Origin: Auanema rhodensis
Lineage: Eukaryota; Animalia; Nematoda
Assembly (NCBI GenBank): GCA_964057225.1
Contig: OZ059898.1
Coordinates: 12,338,001 to 12,402,000 of the forward strand
Direction of reading: 5' to 3'
Length of the DNA stretch: 64,000 nucleotides
A model generated the notes under the pieces. It saw nothing but the letters and a program-made list of their open reading frames with translations. It made no database searches and had not been told where the DNA came from. Made by a program: the position numbers and the translations under genes. Position 1 is the first letter of the stretch. Each line of letters starts with the position of its first letter. Positions 15,001-28,932 of the stretch are shown here, in pieces.

Positions 15001-18000
15001 TGGATGAATGATCTAAAAATTGAAACGATTCGACATTCTTCTTCTATTCAAATCTATCAGATGTTACATGTCGGATCAAATGTTTAGCTAATATTTGGTC
15101 ATATATAGTTGCAAGCTGGTCAATGATACTAGCATTCCGCTTAATAGCATGCCTTGATGAGGATGAGCTTGATGACCTTATACGACTTCTATTTGACTTC
15201 CACATAGAAAAGTACCGTTAACACGGGCTCTTTGATCATCTGGCAGCCACTGCCTGTTACACACTATTTGCGCAAGACTGAAACACAAAAAGCGCTGAGA
15301 TTGTTCAACCCAATTTCAGCTATTCATCCCTCTTTTCCTATCTCCGCACCTTTTTTGTATTTTTCCGACGTGTGGGATATTGGGCGGTGAGAAAAATTGA
15401 AATTTCTGTGCATACGAGATGAACAACACGAAACTATTCAAATTTATAAGAATCATTTATAGATTTGCTGATATTTTCGATTGTAAATCATCGTCATTAT
15501 ATGGCCAGTTTAATAGCTAAAATATTATGTGAATACAGAAAAATCAAAAGATTATATGTGATATAATAATACTATTAATTCTATGAGTTGGCAATGCTAT
15601 AATAAATTTAAAATATTTTTCAAAAAATTTTCAAATTAGCCTGTTGTTATGACTTAACTTAAGAATATGGCTGACTTCACTCTCTCTTTCTCTCTCTCTC
15701 TACCTTTTCCTTTTTTTTTCTCTAATCTCTTTCTTTTATCTCTTACTTTTTGCCTCTCTCTCATTCTCTGCGTAGGATGCAGGAAACAAAGAAGGAAAGA
15801 AGAAGAAAATGATGTGATATACAGAAATGCTTTTAGCTATGTGTCTGTTTGAAAACTTGTTTTGTAGCTTAATCTCTATTACCTTTCATGAGCTTTACCG
15901 TTTAATTTGTCGACAATGGGTCCAGTGTTTGCCAAAATAGATATCGGAAAGACAAGAGAAACGATGATGGCCAGTAACTATTCGATAGACAACAGTTTAA
16001 AAGGAGAAAATAACAGACAGATAAACCAATAAGAGAGAGAAAGAAAGTGAAGAGAGAAGAAAATAAGTGAGTGAGGAGCAGAACACATTCATCATTAACA
16101 AAATCCATATTAGGTATCCAAAACCTTGTGAGCTTTACTGAACAGCTCTCTCTCTCTACCTTTCTCTCTGTTTTTCGTTTACTCTCCTGCTTTACTCTTA
16201 TGCTCCCTGTCTTTTTGTGTCTCTCTGATGGTTCAATCGTTGGTTTCAAGCTAAATGCACATGTCCTTTAGACGGATGGTCTTTGCTCTCTTTTTTTTGA
16301 CAACAAACGTTTTGACCAAACACATTTCTAAGTGTTCAATTTCAATCTAATTCTTTGAATGAAATGCCAAAAAGTTGAAAAGAGAAAGAGAGAGAAAAGT
16401 ATGTATAAAGAGAATTATAGAGAGATATAGACAGATAACGAAATGAACGAAAAACAACCGCTCTTCAAACTTTATTCTATATAAATGACTTTCAATCTAC
16501 GGGATGGAAAATGCGTGAGCTTGAACGTGAATATACAGCTGTTAAATGAAGTTCTGCTGACCAAAGGATAGATTAACTAATCCTAAATCTGCTTACATAC
16601 TAACTATATTGCAGATTATAATAAGTTTTCCTTTTTCCACTATTTTCATTTGCAAAACAACTTATATGCAATTCCTTTGCACCACCATCTCACTTAAAAA
16701 CTTATATTGTTAGTCACGATGGCAGTCAGTCTTTGAAAACTTACTGACCTGTTGTTCTTTTATTTAGTCGTTACCATATATGGCTATTCATAGCTCAGCT
16801 CTGGTGTCTGCTCCAATTTCATCGTTGTGTACCTCATTCTCTTCTTCTCTTTCTATAGCTCTCTCTTTGTTTCACATTTATAATTCTGCTCATTCTCTTG
16901 CAATACCTTTCAGTGTTCCTCTGTCTGTTCAAGCTTTAAATCTCTCTTTCTTGCTCACTCTCTAATGAAGTGAAAGCTTATGAGAGAAAGTAAATCAGAC
17001 AGGAAAATATGAATAAATGAGTAAGAATGGTATGATGAAAATGGAGAGTATAAGGAGAAGATGAGACAGTTTGTGTGTGTATGTCCTGTGTGTCGGCAGC
17101 TGATACAAATAATGAGAAATGAAGAGAAAATGAGAGAATGCAAGAGGGAAAACAAGAGAGAGATAGAAGGGTAGAGGGAGTAAAGGGGTGAGGGAGATAG
17201 TTAATGGCGATAGATAGGCATATAGACACAAAGCTCTGACCGGCTGTTGACAGCTCTCTGAATAACAAAAATAGAAGATTAGCCAACTAATTACCTTGTA
17301 TGCCTGTGCTGATTTCAACCACACTAACTCTCAGAAGTATTTAATATACAATACCATGCTGATGATGATGATGATGATGGTGTTGGAGACTGTATTTCAT
17401 CTCGTCTCAGAGTGTAACATCGTCGTCATCTGTCCCTCTTATCATGTTTCACGTCTCTCTGTTAACGAAAACATTCACCCCTCGTCTCTTTGACGTTAGC
17501 TGACATTCATTCACTTTCTCACCAAAAACTGATTGGCCGAAAGCCAATTGTTGTTTAATCTTACCCATTACCGAATCCTTGAAAATTCAACCTTAATCTT
17601 CTGGAACATCAAATCATCAGTAAAAGAACATGACCAATTTACCAGAATGACAAATCAAATCGAGCTGCTGTGTACACAGAGATTCGTGGGCCGTTTCAAA
17701 GCTTGACTGCTCACCAGCTGACCTGTTTCTTCATGTTTTCTTACCCTAAATCCTTTTTTCATCATCTGAATGACATCTGGCCTCAAATGATTCTTCTTCT
17801 GTTCTGTCGTTCTAGTGAACGTATCAATCCGGTTTTCAGTTTTTGAAAGTTTTGCGTATTCAAATTTTTTGAAAGTTTCAACATTGAGGCTATTATGGCT
17901 GTATGGCAAGACAGGCATGAACGACCCAATCTCTACTTTCTCTTTCGATCTGCATACTCTCGTGTGCTTTTCTTGCTCAGATGAAAGAATAGAAGATGAA

Positions 18001-21000
18001 AGCACAATTGGTTATATGGCTGATCAGTGTGCACCAACCTCGCTGGCCCGTATCCGATTTTGGCCAAAGCGGATTGTGAAAGAGAGCCCTACGGAGTTGC
18101 AAGTTGAGAATTATAGCTCAAGCAGTGCTTCAAAGCTTAAAGCTCGTAAAACTATATTAATCAGTACGGCAACACATGCGTGTGAAGCATTGAAGAAACA
18201 TCAAATGCCTTGCAAACGTTGCTGAACGATTCGGGAGAAGAAGAAGAAGAAGAAGTGGTGTTGAGGAGAGGAGGGGGGCAGCCTTAAACAGGCCGTTCTC
18301 ATTGGTAATGGAAACCATAGCCAATTTCCCATCGTATCGAATATCTGAAGCCATGGCACATGAAACTGACCATTCCGAGAGTCAACAGACCATCGCTTCA
18401 ATTGCCAAACCCCACCAATATCCGTTTTGCCGCTTTAAAATTCATTCATGTCCAGCATTTTGAGTTGATGAATAGCTTCAACTTGTTTTGATGGACACTA
18501 CTTCACAACAAAAAAAAATGAAAAAAATAGAAATAATGAGATATTATTGTTCAATTTGACCGTTTTAACTAAACATTCTGGTTGTTACTCACACCCTTTT
18601 TTTTCATTTCTTTGGCAAATAAACTGAAGGACTCTCCCTCCCACCCAACCTGAACCGCCGGGAAAAAAAAACTAATTATGCTAAACGATGTCCTAAATTT
18701 ATTAATTTATATTCTTGTTTTTTTTTCTTGTTATTTTCTTACAAACTATTCATAAATATTCTAAATTCGATCTTATTTTTTCAATTCTCTTTTCTTTTTT
18801 TCAATTCAGCATATCGGATAATTTTTATTTTTGACTAAATCATTCTGTTTTCTTTTAAGTTTTTCTCATCAAAATCATAATATTCATTTTAATTGTGTTT
18901 TTCTGAAGATAATATAGCAGATATTCTTTAAAATTTATTGTCATTTGACAATAAAAGTCAACTTGTTTTTCTTTTATTTTTTCGTCACTTTTTCAGCTTT
19001 AAAATTGTACTTTTCGTTTCAAAAACTATTTAAACGACTGCTGACCAATGGACAATCACACATACTATTTCTCCAATTTCAAAGATTTAAGAAAGCTGAT
19101 GAAAGTTTTCAACTTGATTGACCTATTGTCTATTGCTATGATTTCACTTCAGCTTCTCCTTCTTTCTCTATACCTCTCTTACTTACTGCAACCCCCCCCC
19201 CCTCTCCCATCTTATCCTTCCTTTTCAATATGCTCCGTTATACTTTTCTCTTTGCCAGATCTCTCTCTGTTCATTCCTTCGTTCTTCCAACTGCTTCAAA
19301 ACCTTATTATGACGGTTTGGTTCGTTGAGCTTCTCCTCCTAAGTTTACGTCGCTGTCTTCATCCTTATTGGACCCAAATATTTGCATATCGCTTACTCGA
19401 ACACAACCTGAACACTCTTGACTCATCTCTCTCTTACTCTTATTCTCTCTCCGCTTTCCGTCTTCAACAACCTAAGGCCGTTACACAACAATAAACGGAC
19501 CAGCCGGTCCGATACCAACTTTGGTAACGATAAACATCAAGTAACTTCATATATTTCTTCTATATTTCCATTTATACTATTCATTTTTGATTTTTGAAAT
19601 GAAGTCTTTCATGTAATGCTTGAGCTTAAGCTGATCTTTTCATACCTTGTTCCTCCTCCAGAATTTTCTTGATTTTGAGTCATTTTCATGTAGTTCTTAT
19701 AGGATGTACATATTCTTATTTTTATAATCGTTGTCCTTTGCAACTTGTCGTTCGTACCTCAACCTGCCTTTTGATGTTTTCCGACAATCTTCGCCAACTT
19801 TCGAATCCTTTTCTCCTCTCTGCTCTATCTATCACAGTTCTACTATCTCTTCTTCATATAGGCATCATAGAGCCAACTTCATTCATATCAACTACAGTGA
19901 CACCATAATCTTTTTTGTGGCTTTGTCATCAATCTCACTAACCGGATATGAGAGAGCAAGGAATTTGCATACTGTTTGTATCTCTCATGTCCCGCTTCCA
20001 ACCCTCTGTACTATCCACGAACCTTTTCCTGTCTCCCCTTTGACCATCTTGGGGGACGACGTACATGATGCACACATACACACACCCACACCCCATACAC
20101 GTCGTTCTCACTCCCATTTACACGTATATACATGATGTTCATCCATCTATCTATCCATCCGCTTGTCTTCCCTTGTCTGTCGTTTGCCTGCCTGTCTGAT
20201 ATTTGAACTGTGCCGCACGATTTCACAATATTCATATATGGTATGTATCTTTCTAGCTATCAATATACGTTTTACTATATGGTATAGTTTACGTCTTAAA
20301 CAATTGTAGACCATAGATATTCAAATATCATTCATATAATATGGTAAAATGAGAAGACGATCTATAGGCGTCAAAATACTTGTACACTTTGTCAGATGAT
20401 CATTTCAATACTGATAATAGCTTTATCGAAAGCATTCCCTCTGGCTATTACTAGACTCTATTCCTATTATCTAGTTGCTTCTCCACTTGGAATACCATCT
20501 TCGTCTTTCTATTCATGTTATTCCTATCCTATCTTTCAGTATTCGTGTTATTGTTACTGCTGACCAAGCCTTAAGGTATGATTAGTACATTCTCAGCTAA
20601 TACAAGTACAACTTTGTCCAGTAAATTGGCGACCAAATTGTTTTTTTCTTGAATCTCTCTCTATCTCTCTTATTCTCCGCATCTCTCTCTCTCTTCCTCT
20701 GAATATATGACATGGCTTCGTTTTACTAAACAGCTGAATTAGACTAATTAATCATTGATTTCCCTATTTAAACTCGTTTTCCGTTTTTTTTTCGCAACTT
20801 GTTCAGCCTTGCCAAAAAAAATTTTTTTTACTAAGATGTTCTTGTTATACACCTACTTGCTTCTTCAACTCTTTTTCATTTTGAAAACCTATTTCTTTTA
20901 CATTTCAATTGCTCATTCAATGTTGTAAGGATCCAGCTGCTGGTCAGTTTGAAACAGATCAACTGTTTCTCCTCATTGTTTCAAATCTCCTTCTTCATGG

Positions 21001-23218
21001 CTTTTGATCATTATTATCTGGCGAGAAGCGGATACCTTAAGGCAATTGCAGCACGAAGATAGAGGAAATTCGAATGTAAAAAGAGAGATAGCAATGGAAG
21101 GAAGAGCAACAGAGTTGCATTTGAGAGATGAAGCCATTGAGAGGGGCAGAGTAGAATTCAAGTTGTAATGGTCACTCGTATGTTCTTAGAATGAAGTTCC
21201 ATCAGTTCTTCTCTCTTACATCATATCTTTTTACCTCAACTACACTATGAACATTTTTTTTTCAACTTTGTTGCCTCTTTTTGGTAAAATCTCGTTTACC
21301 GTACACAATGGATAAAGATGTAAAAAAGGAAGCGATTGTCCACAACAAACAAGACTCTCTCGTTCTCTCTCTCACTCTCGCTCTCTCTCTCTTTAATATT
21401 TTCTTTATTACTTATAATTCTTTTCGTAATCTTTTTTCACTTTTCATCCTATTACAAATTTATATCTATTCTGTTAATCGAATATCTGCTCCTCATTTAT
21501 TTGCTCACAAGGTCATCCACATTTTAGGCTTTTCATAACCAGCCAGGTTTGTGCATACAGCATGTTTACTTCAGTCTGTCGCATCACACCGGACACAATC
21601 ATGATCACTTTTTTCATGAGGATGCAACATATATTTTCATTTTTCTCAAAATATCTGTCATAATGCCCTTTTGTGGTCATTGCCCTACAAGCTTGAAATC
21701 AAAAAATTAAAATGAGCACAGTAAAACTTGAACTGTTTCCAAGTTTTTAAATTATATATTGTAATATGCAACGAACAAACTTTTTTCTTCATGTTATCAG
21801 ATTAGATGATTTTTTGAACGATTTGTTTTAAAATCTTTTCGGCTTCATCTGAGACACTGACGAAATCATTTGAGCTATGGATATGTGAGAGGAAAAAGTC
21901 GAAAACTGCTCCATTTTCGAAGTTCTCTTTGTTTCTTTCTCTCATACTCATACTATTTTTTTATTTTTCTCTATTTCTTGACTATATAATTCATATCGTT
22001 ATACAGAGATGGTGCCAAACTCGCTATAAGGCTGGTACCATCCATATTAACATCATTCACACTTCAAACCTAATGCATGAATAGGTACTAGCCAGCACGA
22101 GCTGATCTCTATTATCATGCACATAGATCCTTTTGTGGATGAAAGAGGCGAACAAGGTACTCACATCCTGCATATTTCTTTCTTTTTCATCTCTTACTCT
22201 CGTTATAGTACTTTTCATCTTCAAACTCTCTTTTTCTCTCTCTCTTTCTGATTTTTTAAACTTTTCATTCCCTCTCCTCCATCAGAGCTCTCTTTGCATA
22301 TCTCGACCAATAACTCAAACATGTTCATATTCAATCTCATGAAAGAGGACCGCATCCATCCGTTTAAGGTTATCTGACCTTTACTCCCTTTTCTCGCCAT
22401 TTCGCTCACGTCATCACGTAATGTACGTGGAACACGTGAATCAGTATCAACCTTTTTCATTTTATTTTTAATCATTGCTCATTAACGCTCGGTTGCATAT
22501 AGCTATTATCTACGTTCCTCTATTTTCTCTTTCAGAGTATCATTTTTTTCTTTTTTTTTCATCAAAAATCTTTCTTCAATATGATCTTCTTTCATGCTCT
22601 TCAAATATCAGTAAATGGCATAATCGCTTTATCTTGACCAAACAAAAAACTGAAAATCGACAGAAACAAGTCAGCTGTCGGTATTTTTCTGTATATGGAT
22701 AGGGCACATCTTCACATCTTGTTAGTCATCAATCTATCTGAATGATTTTCAAAAAAAAAAAACCTCACAGACATGTAGATAGATATTGAATCATATTGTA
22801 CTGTTTTCACCTATCATATGTTTTTTTCATTTCGTCATCTTCTTGTTTTATTTTTTTTTGTTAAAAATCTTTGTGTTTTAATTGTTTTATTTTCTTTTCA
22901 GATGAAAATTCTATGGAAGTGATATCATCTCCAGTTTCTATATTCTATTTCTACTTCATATTCATAATGCTTGAAAGTTTTTCGATCACTTGCTTGTATC
23001 TCTGTGTGTGTCTGTGTGGTCGTACTATCAAAGTCGTGCAAGAATTAACTAATATATTCACTCAATCATTCAGCTTTTCTGATAAGATTTTGCACATTTT
23101 CATTGCAATTGTTTGTGTGGAAGTGCTTTTTTTGGAACTGGTCAGTCGTCTGACAGTTCCATATTTAGGTTGATTGTGGTGTCTTTGTGAATATACGGCT
23201 ATGTCTGTGTGTATGTGT

Positions 23219-23264
23219 ATGAATGAATGAATGAGTGAGTGAGTGAGTGAGTGAGTGAGTGAGT
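23219..23264 (+). repeat. (TGAA)n(TGAG)n tetranucleotide microsatellite
   Basis: Read directly from the sequence. Confidence 0.9.
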
Positions 23265-26200
23265 CTGTGTATATGTGTATATCCCAAACAAACTGCCTCA
23301 GGGCTATTCTAGCTAAATAGTCAAAAATGATTTTTTTGAATGTGTTTTATTAATGTTTAGACCAAAAATAAAAAAAAAGATTGGCTATTTCTCCGTGTGC
23401 GTATACAGCTCCAGTCATTTATGTCTATCTATACACAGACACACATACACGATATAGCCTATGTGTATTCATCTTTTTCTCATGACCAATTATGCCATTA
23501 TTGGTGGTCCTATGCTATATGACTGAAGACATATATATATAGAGAGAGAATGATGAGAATGGGGATTCACACACTCACACACACTCACACTCACAAACCC
23601 TCACAAACCCACGCTAATAGAAAAGAAAGCGGAAGAAATATTAGATAAAACAAATGATATTATCATTGCGATATCATAATGTTTTGCCTTTTTGCCACTC
23701 CACAATCAGTTATTTTTCAGAATGAAATGGATAATTAGAACTGTCATATGTGAATAAGTGTCTCGTTCTCTCTCTCCCTCAAGCACACACTCCCATCTTG
23801 CAGCTTATAGCACATGATTCTTGTGGTCAAAAGCAACATTTCGCAATTTCTATCTATTGCTATCTCATATTAGCACGAGTTGAACTTATCAAACTATATA
23901 CTTTCTATACACAATTGAAGATTGAGAGTTTTCGCGTACGTTTATAACTGATACTTTTCTTCATTTTCTTCTTCTCATTTTCATTCTCAGTGGTTTGTGG
24001 TGAAATGAGAATATTGGTAAGATAGAGACAGAAGGACAGAGAGAGTGAGAGAAAAAGAGAAAGTGGAAAAGCAGAAAGAGGGGGATTAGACACATTTTGC
24101 CTGAGGCTTCAGAGACAACTCACAAAGATGAGTTACGTCATTTGTGGTCAGGTGTGTATGTTGTGGCAGCTGGCTGATCTTCGGAAATGCAAAGAAAGTG
24201 GAGAGAAAGTAAGGGAGGCGGAAGAAAAGAGGAAGAAGCTGTTACTGCTACTGCAGCTACTACTACTGCTAGTGCTGCTGCAGATGATGATGATGTAGAT
24301 ATAACTACTGAAAGGTAAAATAAGACACGTTCCTTACTAAGTAGAAGAAGTAGGAAATGAAATAATTTGTATTATTCTTCCTAAAAGTCAAAAGGTGTTA
24401 TGAAATTGTCATGACAACTTCTATCCTTCTGCATTTTTGGTGCAAAACAAATTTTGTGTGGGTCGAACTCTGAATGAAAATTAATAATATTTCTGAAGCG
24501 AACGAACATTTTTACGCATTCTGAGCATTTTGATTTATGAAATCTTACAGCGGACATAATAGAAAAAATTGAATTAGTTGGACTCAATTAGAAAGAGTGA
24601 CTTTCATAAACTAGCTAACAGCAAGATTATATCTCTTGAGCAAAATGGCAAATATTAAAAACTGAGTGACCTTTTGCTTTGATTTGAAAAGTTATAACAA
24701 ATGGCAGGAAGTGTTGACATCACGAAGTGGCATGAAGCTTCGTTTTTCCTATTTCGACTCACCTTTTGAGGGAATCAATCATCAAAACTGCTTCATCTTC
24801 TTCATCCCTTCATCTATCTCATATAAACTCTCTCTGATCCCCTACTGATATCGATGTATTTTCTACTTAGTTTGAGATGTATTCCCGAATATCCTTCAAA
24901 TCTGATGTGATATCCTTAGAACATACCAAGCTTACGCAACCTTTTTATGGTGTCAGACGTGGCATTATAACTATATGTGTATCTATATACATAACTATAA
25001 CTATATCCATTTACGTCCTTGTTTTTTGGGGCCATAATCTTACAAAATAAACGATGAATTGCTGATCGTTGTCATCAAAATTCTGTAATCAAATATGGTT
25101 TAACTATGGAGCAATTTCACAGGTGACATCAATCTCATTACGTAGCCAACGACGAAGTCATTGCTAATATCTCATACATCAATGTTTTTATGACATTTTT
25201 GGTGAACAAAGAGCACTGAAAAATGAATGTTCTTTCTTTTAAATTCATATATCAGTAGATTTGTTCTTGGACATCATCTGAATTTGACCGAAAACTCTCT
25301 TTCTTTTCTCGGTGTCTCTCTTACTCTCTATATCACTTCTTAAATGGACAATTAGACGAGAGTATATAGCTGGAGGCAATCTATCCGGCTGCACATATAT
25401 GGCCATTTACTGACCAATATATTATCGACTACGCTGCCATAAAGCAAAGTGTAAAGCTTTAAAAGTTGTTAAATTTGGTCTTTTCTTGGTGTATCATCAT
25501 GATGTCACTGGTGCCCATCTTCCATTTAAGACTTGTTTCCCTCATTTATGGACTAACCTGAATAGCCCTCGACAGCTGCCTTATTGCCAAGTTTGAGCAT
25601 CATTGCTCTTCTGGCCGTTAGCCAACTACACCATTGTCCCACTAATTCTGAAATTCTTTCAGCTGAATATGCTGTCTTGATCTTTCATCATATCCAAGCC
25701 CAACTGACCACTCAACTCGAGGTTGCTAGGTAGTTGAATGAATTGAGCAACTAGTTGCCTCCATAGTAGCAACCTGAACTTCAGGTCGTAAGAACTTTTA
25801 ATTTTTGCATAAACCTTTGAAAACGTCAAGACATATCTGAAAGAGAAAAGAGAACGACGAGAAGAGTTGAGTTGAGAGGCCAACGGCCACTAGTTTTTTT
25901 TTCCAGACAACTGTCCTTGTTCACTCCTTTTCTCACAAATCCTTTCACTTTAGAACGCCCTTTCAGAGCAAAAAAGCTGATGTTCTCTTACCAATTTTTC
26001 TAATTTTATACCTGAAAGATCAATATATTATATAATTTATATTTAACTATATATTCATTTAACATCTTCCATATTATTTTCCTTTAACTACAATTTATTT
26101 AAAAACTTCCATAAGCTGGTTGATATGGTTAGTATTGCTCTAACTTATTCACAAAGCCAATATAACTTGTCTTTTACTATGTTATCTATGATTATTTTCC

Positions 26201-27068
26201 AATTTTATCACACAAAAATATTCAGAATTTAGCAAGAATTTGAAAATTTTTGGTTAATTTGAGAAAAAAAGTGTTGCCAGAAAGAAGTAATAAACTATTG
26301 TAATTAAGTTTAATCCGTTGGCGAATGACAGAAAGCTGTTTGAAGGCATGAAGAAAAAGAAATAGAAAATGATAAAAAACATAGAAAGAAAGGCCTGTTG
26401 TGAATTTAAGAGATGAAAAGTTTGAAAAAAGTTGGTGAAAATGATTTGCCGGAGAGAAATAGACATGAAGATGAAGAAGTAAACTGCTCTAAGCAAAAAC
26501 AGCTTCCTCACTACCATTGTCCACTATACGATCAGCTGATACCAACTACTATCAATAAGAACACAACAGCTAGCCGATAAATAGGCTGTGAGGGAGACGA
26601 AGTGATGCTTGCTATAGAGATGGTGTTAAAGAGAGACTAAGCAGATCAGAGAGTTCTAGGACGTAAAGAAGTCAAAACTGAAGGCTACACCGCCCAGCAT
26701 TGACGACGACAGCCAGGAGACATCAACGGCATGATCGAATTCATGCCAGCAAACAATATAAGCAGGCAAATGGCTTTTGATGTTGAAAAGCATCTTCTGT
26801 CTTCTTTGTATTTTTTTCTTTTTTTTTTCTTCAGAATATATATCGTCACAACTTAAAGCTTGCTATATCTTACGTATCCAGTCCCTCTCTCTCTCTTAAT
26901 CTCCTCTCTCTAGCATCTTACATAAACGATATTACCATACAGATTATATATGAACGTCATATGAACTACTTAATCTATAATCTATTTTCTGTTCTTCTTT
27001 ATTAAGGAACGTTCAAAAATTATTTCGCCCACTTATGAACATGGGAATAATACTTACTGGCTTGCCCT

Positions 27069-27119
<51 letters not shown>
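27069..27119 (+). repeat. (CT)n microsatellite
   Basis: Read directly; one interruption. Confidence 0.95.
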
Positions 27120-27131
<12 letters not shown>

Positions 27132-28832
27132 TTCTTTCATTTTTTTGTTTCGATTTCATGGAAATCTTTCTTCCCATTGAACTTTCAATATTTTTCTTCA
27201 ATTTTTTCATAAATTAGAATAAAAGAGAAAGATATAGAGGGAAATATAAATATAAACGAAATATCCTGTGGTTAGTGAATAAGAAATTTCTTTTGCTCTA
27301 CTAACTTTGCTAATTTCTCGTGTGCCATTCGACCTTCCCGCAGTTTTCTTATCAGATATAACATCTGTCAGCAGTCTGTACTGTGTGATTAATAGTAAAA
27401 CTGTATGAAGTAATTAGATGTACTTGAATTAAAATCTTGTGAATAATCAACGATTATTTCACAAGAATATAGATGCTTAAATTCATTTCTGACGTAAGAA
27501 ATATTGACTGAAGCATTAGCTTTCATTCGTTTTCAACATAAGTCGCTGAATTTCTTTCGTTTGTCAACGTGTTTTCATGTTTTCTCTTAATTTCACTATC
27601 ACTGTTCCGTAATCTGAACTTTAAATCTTAATATTTCAGCTAATACTCCACACGACGTTTGATGGAAATGACGAATGAACTTCACTCAATCTGAATGACT
27701 GATTGGAATTAATGTACTCCTGGTTCTTCGAAGATTAGAAGAAGAATGGATTGAGAGTTGAGTGAACGAGTAGGAAAAAGACAGAAGAAGAGTATGTGAG
27801 ATTGAGAGATAGACGGAAGAGATAGTAGTACGAAGAGAATGAATGGATGATAACTCAGAAAGCGAACGAGTTACATCTCAATTTGGTAATGAATGTTCCG
27901 TTGATAGTATATTTGGGGGTCAAACGAGGGTTTTCTGGTCACTAAAGATGGTTAACTATGATAATTGAATATCTTTATTCAAGAAACGGAAGAGATGTAG
28001 CCAATCTACCTAGGCTCATTTTTATCTTTGTTTCATCAGTACTCATACGAATAAAGATAAAGAGAGAGATATAGAGGTGATAGAGGAAGCAAAAGAGAGA
28101 GAGAGTGAGAGAGAAACAAAAAGAGAGCAAAAGAGAGAGGGAGAGAGGAGATAGGTAATATAGAGAAAATACAAGATAAAGAGCCATTTATGTGTATGTA
28201 AATCTAAAAAACTAAAAGGTCTAAAGAACAACCGGAAGAGCTATTCTGAGACAAACCTTATTATTTCTCTTGTTTTCCTCTTCCTCTTCCAACTTTCCCT
28301 CTATAACATATATATTTTTTTATTTATTTATTTCTTTTAAGCTAGAAGTATACAAGTGATGATAAGATTCTTTTACATAACTGATACCATCATTTCAAAT
28401 GATTTTTCAAACTTTATGATTGTCATATAGGTATTATGAGGCTTTTGCTTATGTAATCATACAAACTATATAACATTTCTTGAAGATTATTAGTAATTAT
28501 TCAACTAAAACTTCATTACAACTCATCCAGATGTCTGGAAATGTCACCTTTGATGTCTGTGTTGTGTTGCTCTGCCGATCATAAGAAGTACACATAAACA
28601 TTATATTTTCGAGTATAATTAAGCTAATTTATAACAAATTTATTTATTTTTCAAAGATTTACTTATCAAAACACAAAAATTAAGTTCAATATCGTTTCCA
28701 ATCTTCACAATAAACATGGAGAAGTTACTGATTGAACATAGGGTTATTCCCTTAACAGTGTTAACATACATTCAATCACATCGAGAAACACAAGTATTAT
28801 TCCTCTCATAGTCATGAATCTCTGAAAATTGT

Positions 28833-28932
28833 CTCTCTCTCTCTTGTTCTCTCACTTGCTCTCTCTCTTGCTCTCTCTCTCTCTTGCTTTCTCTCTCTTA
28901 CTCTTTCTCTCTCTTACTCTCTCTCTTGCTCT
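28833..28932 (+). repeat. Higher-order CT repeat with 10-14 nt units of the form (CT)nT(G/A)
   Basis: Units such as ctctctcttg and ctctctctta repeated about 8 times. Confidence 0.75.

Noticed and set aside
17815-18225. 136-aa non-repetitive ORF
   Set aside because: Non-ATG start, no recognisable domain, no compatible partner exons.
27435-27466. 14-bp hairpin TCTTGTGAATAATC-aac-GATTATTTCACAAGA
   Set aside because: Too short for a pre-miRNA or MITE; single copy with no target-site duplication.
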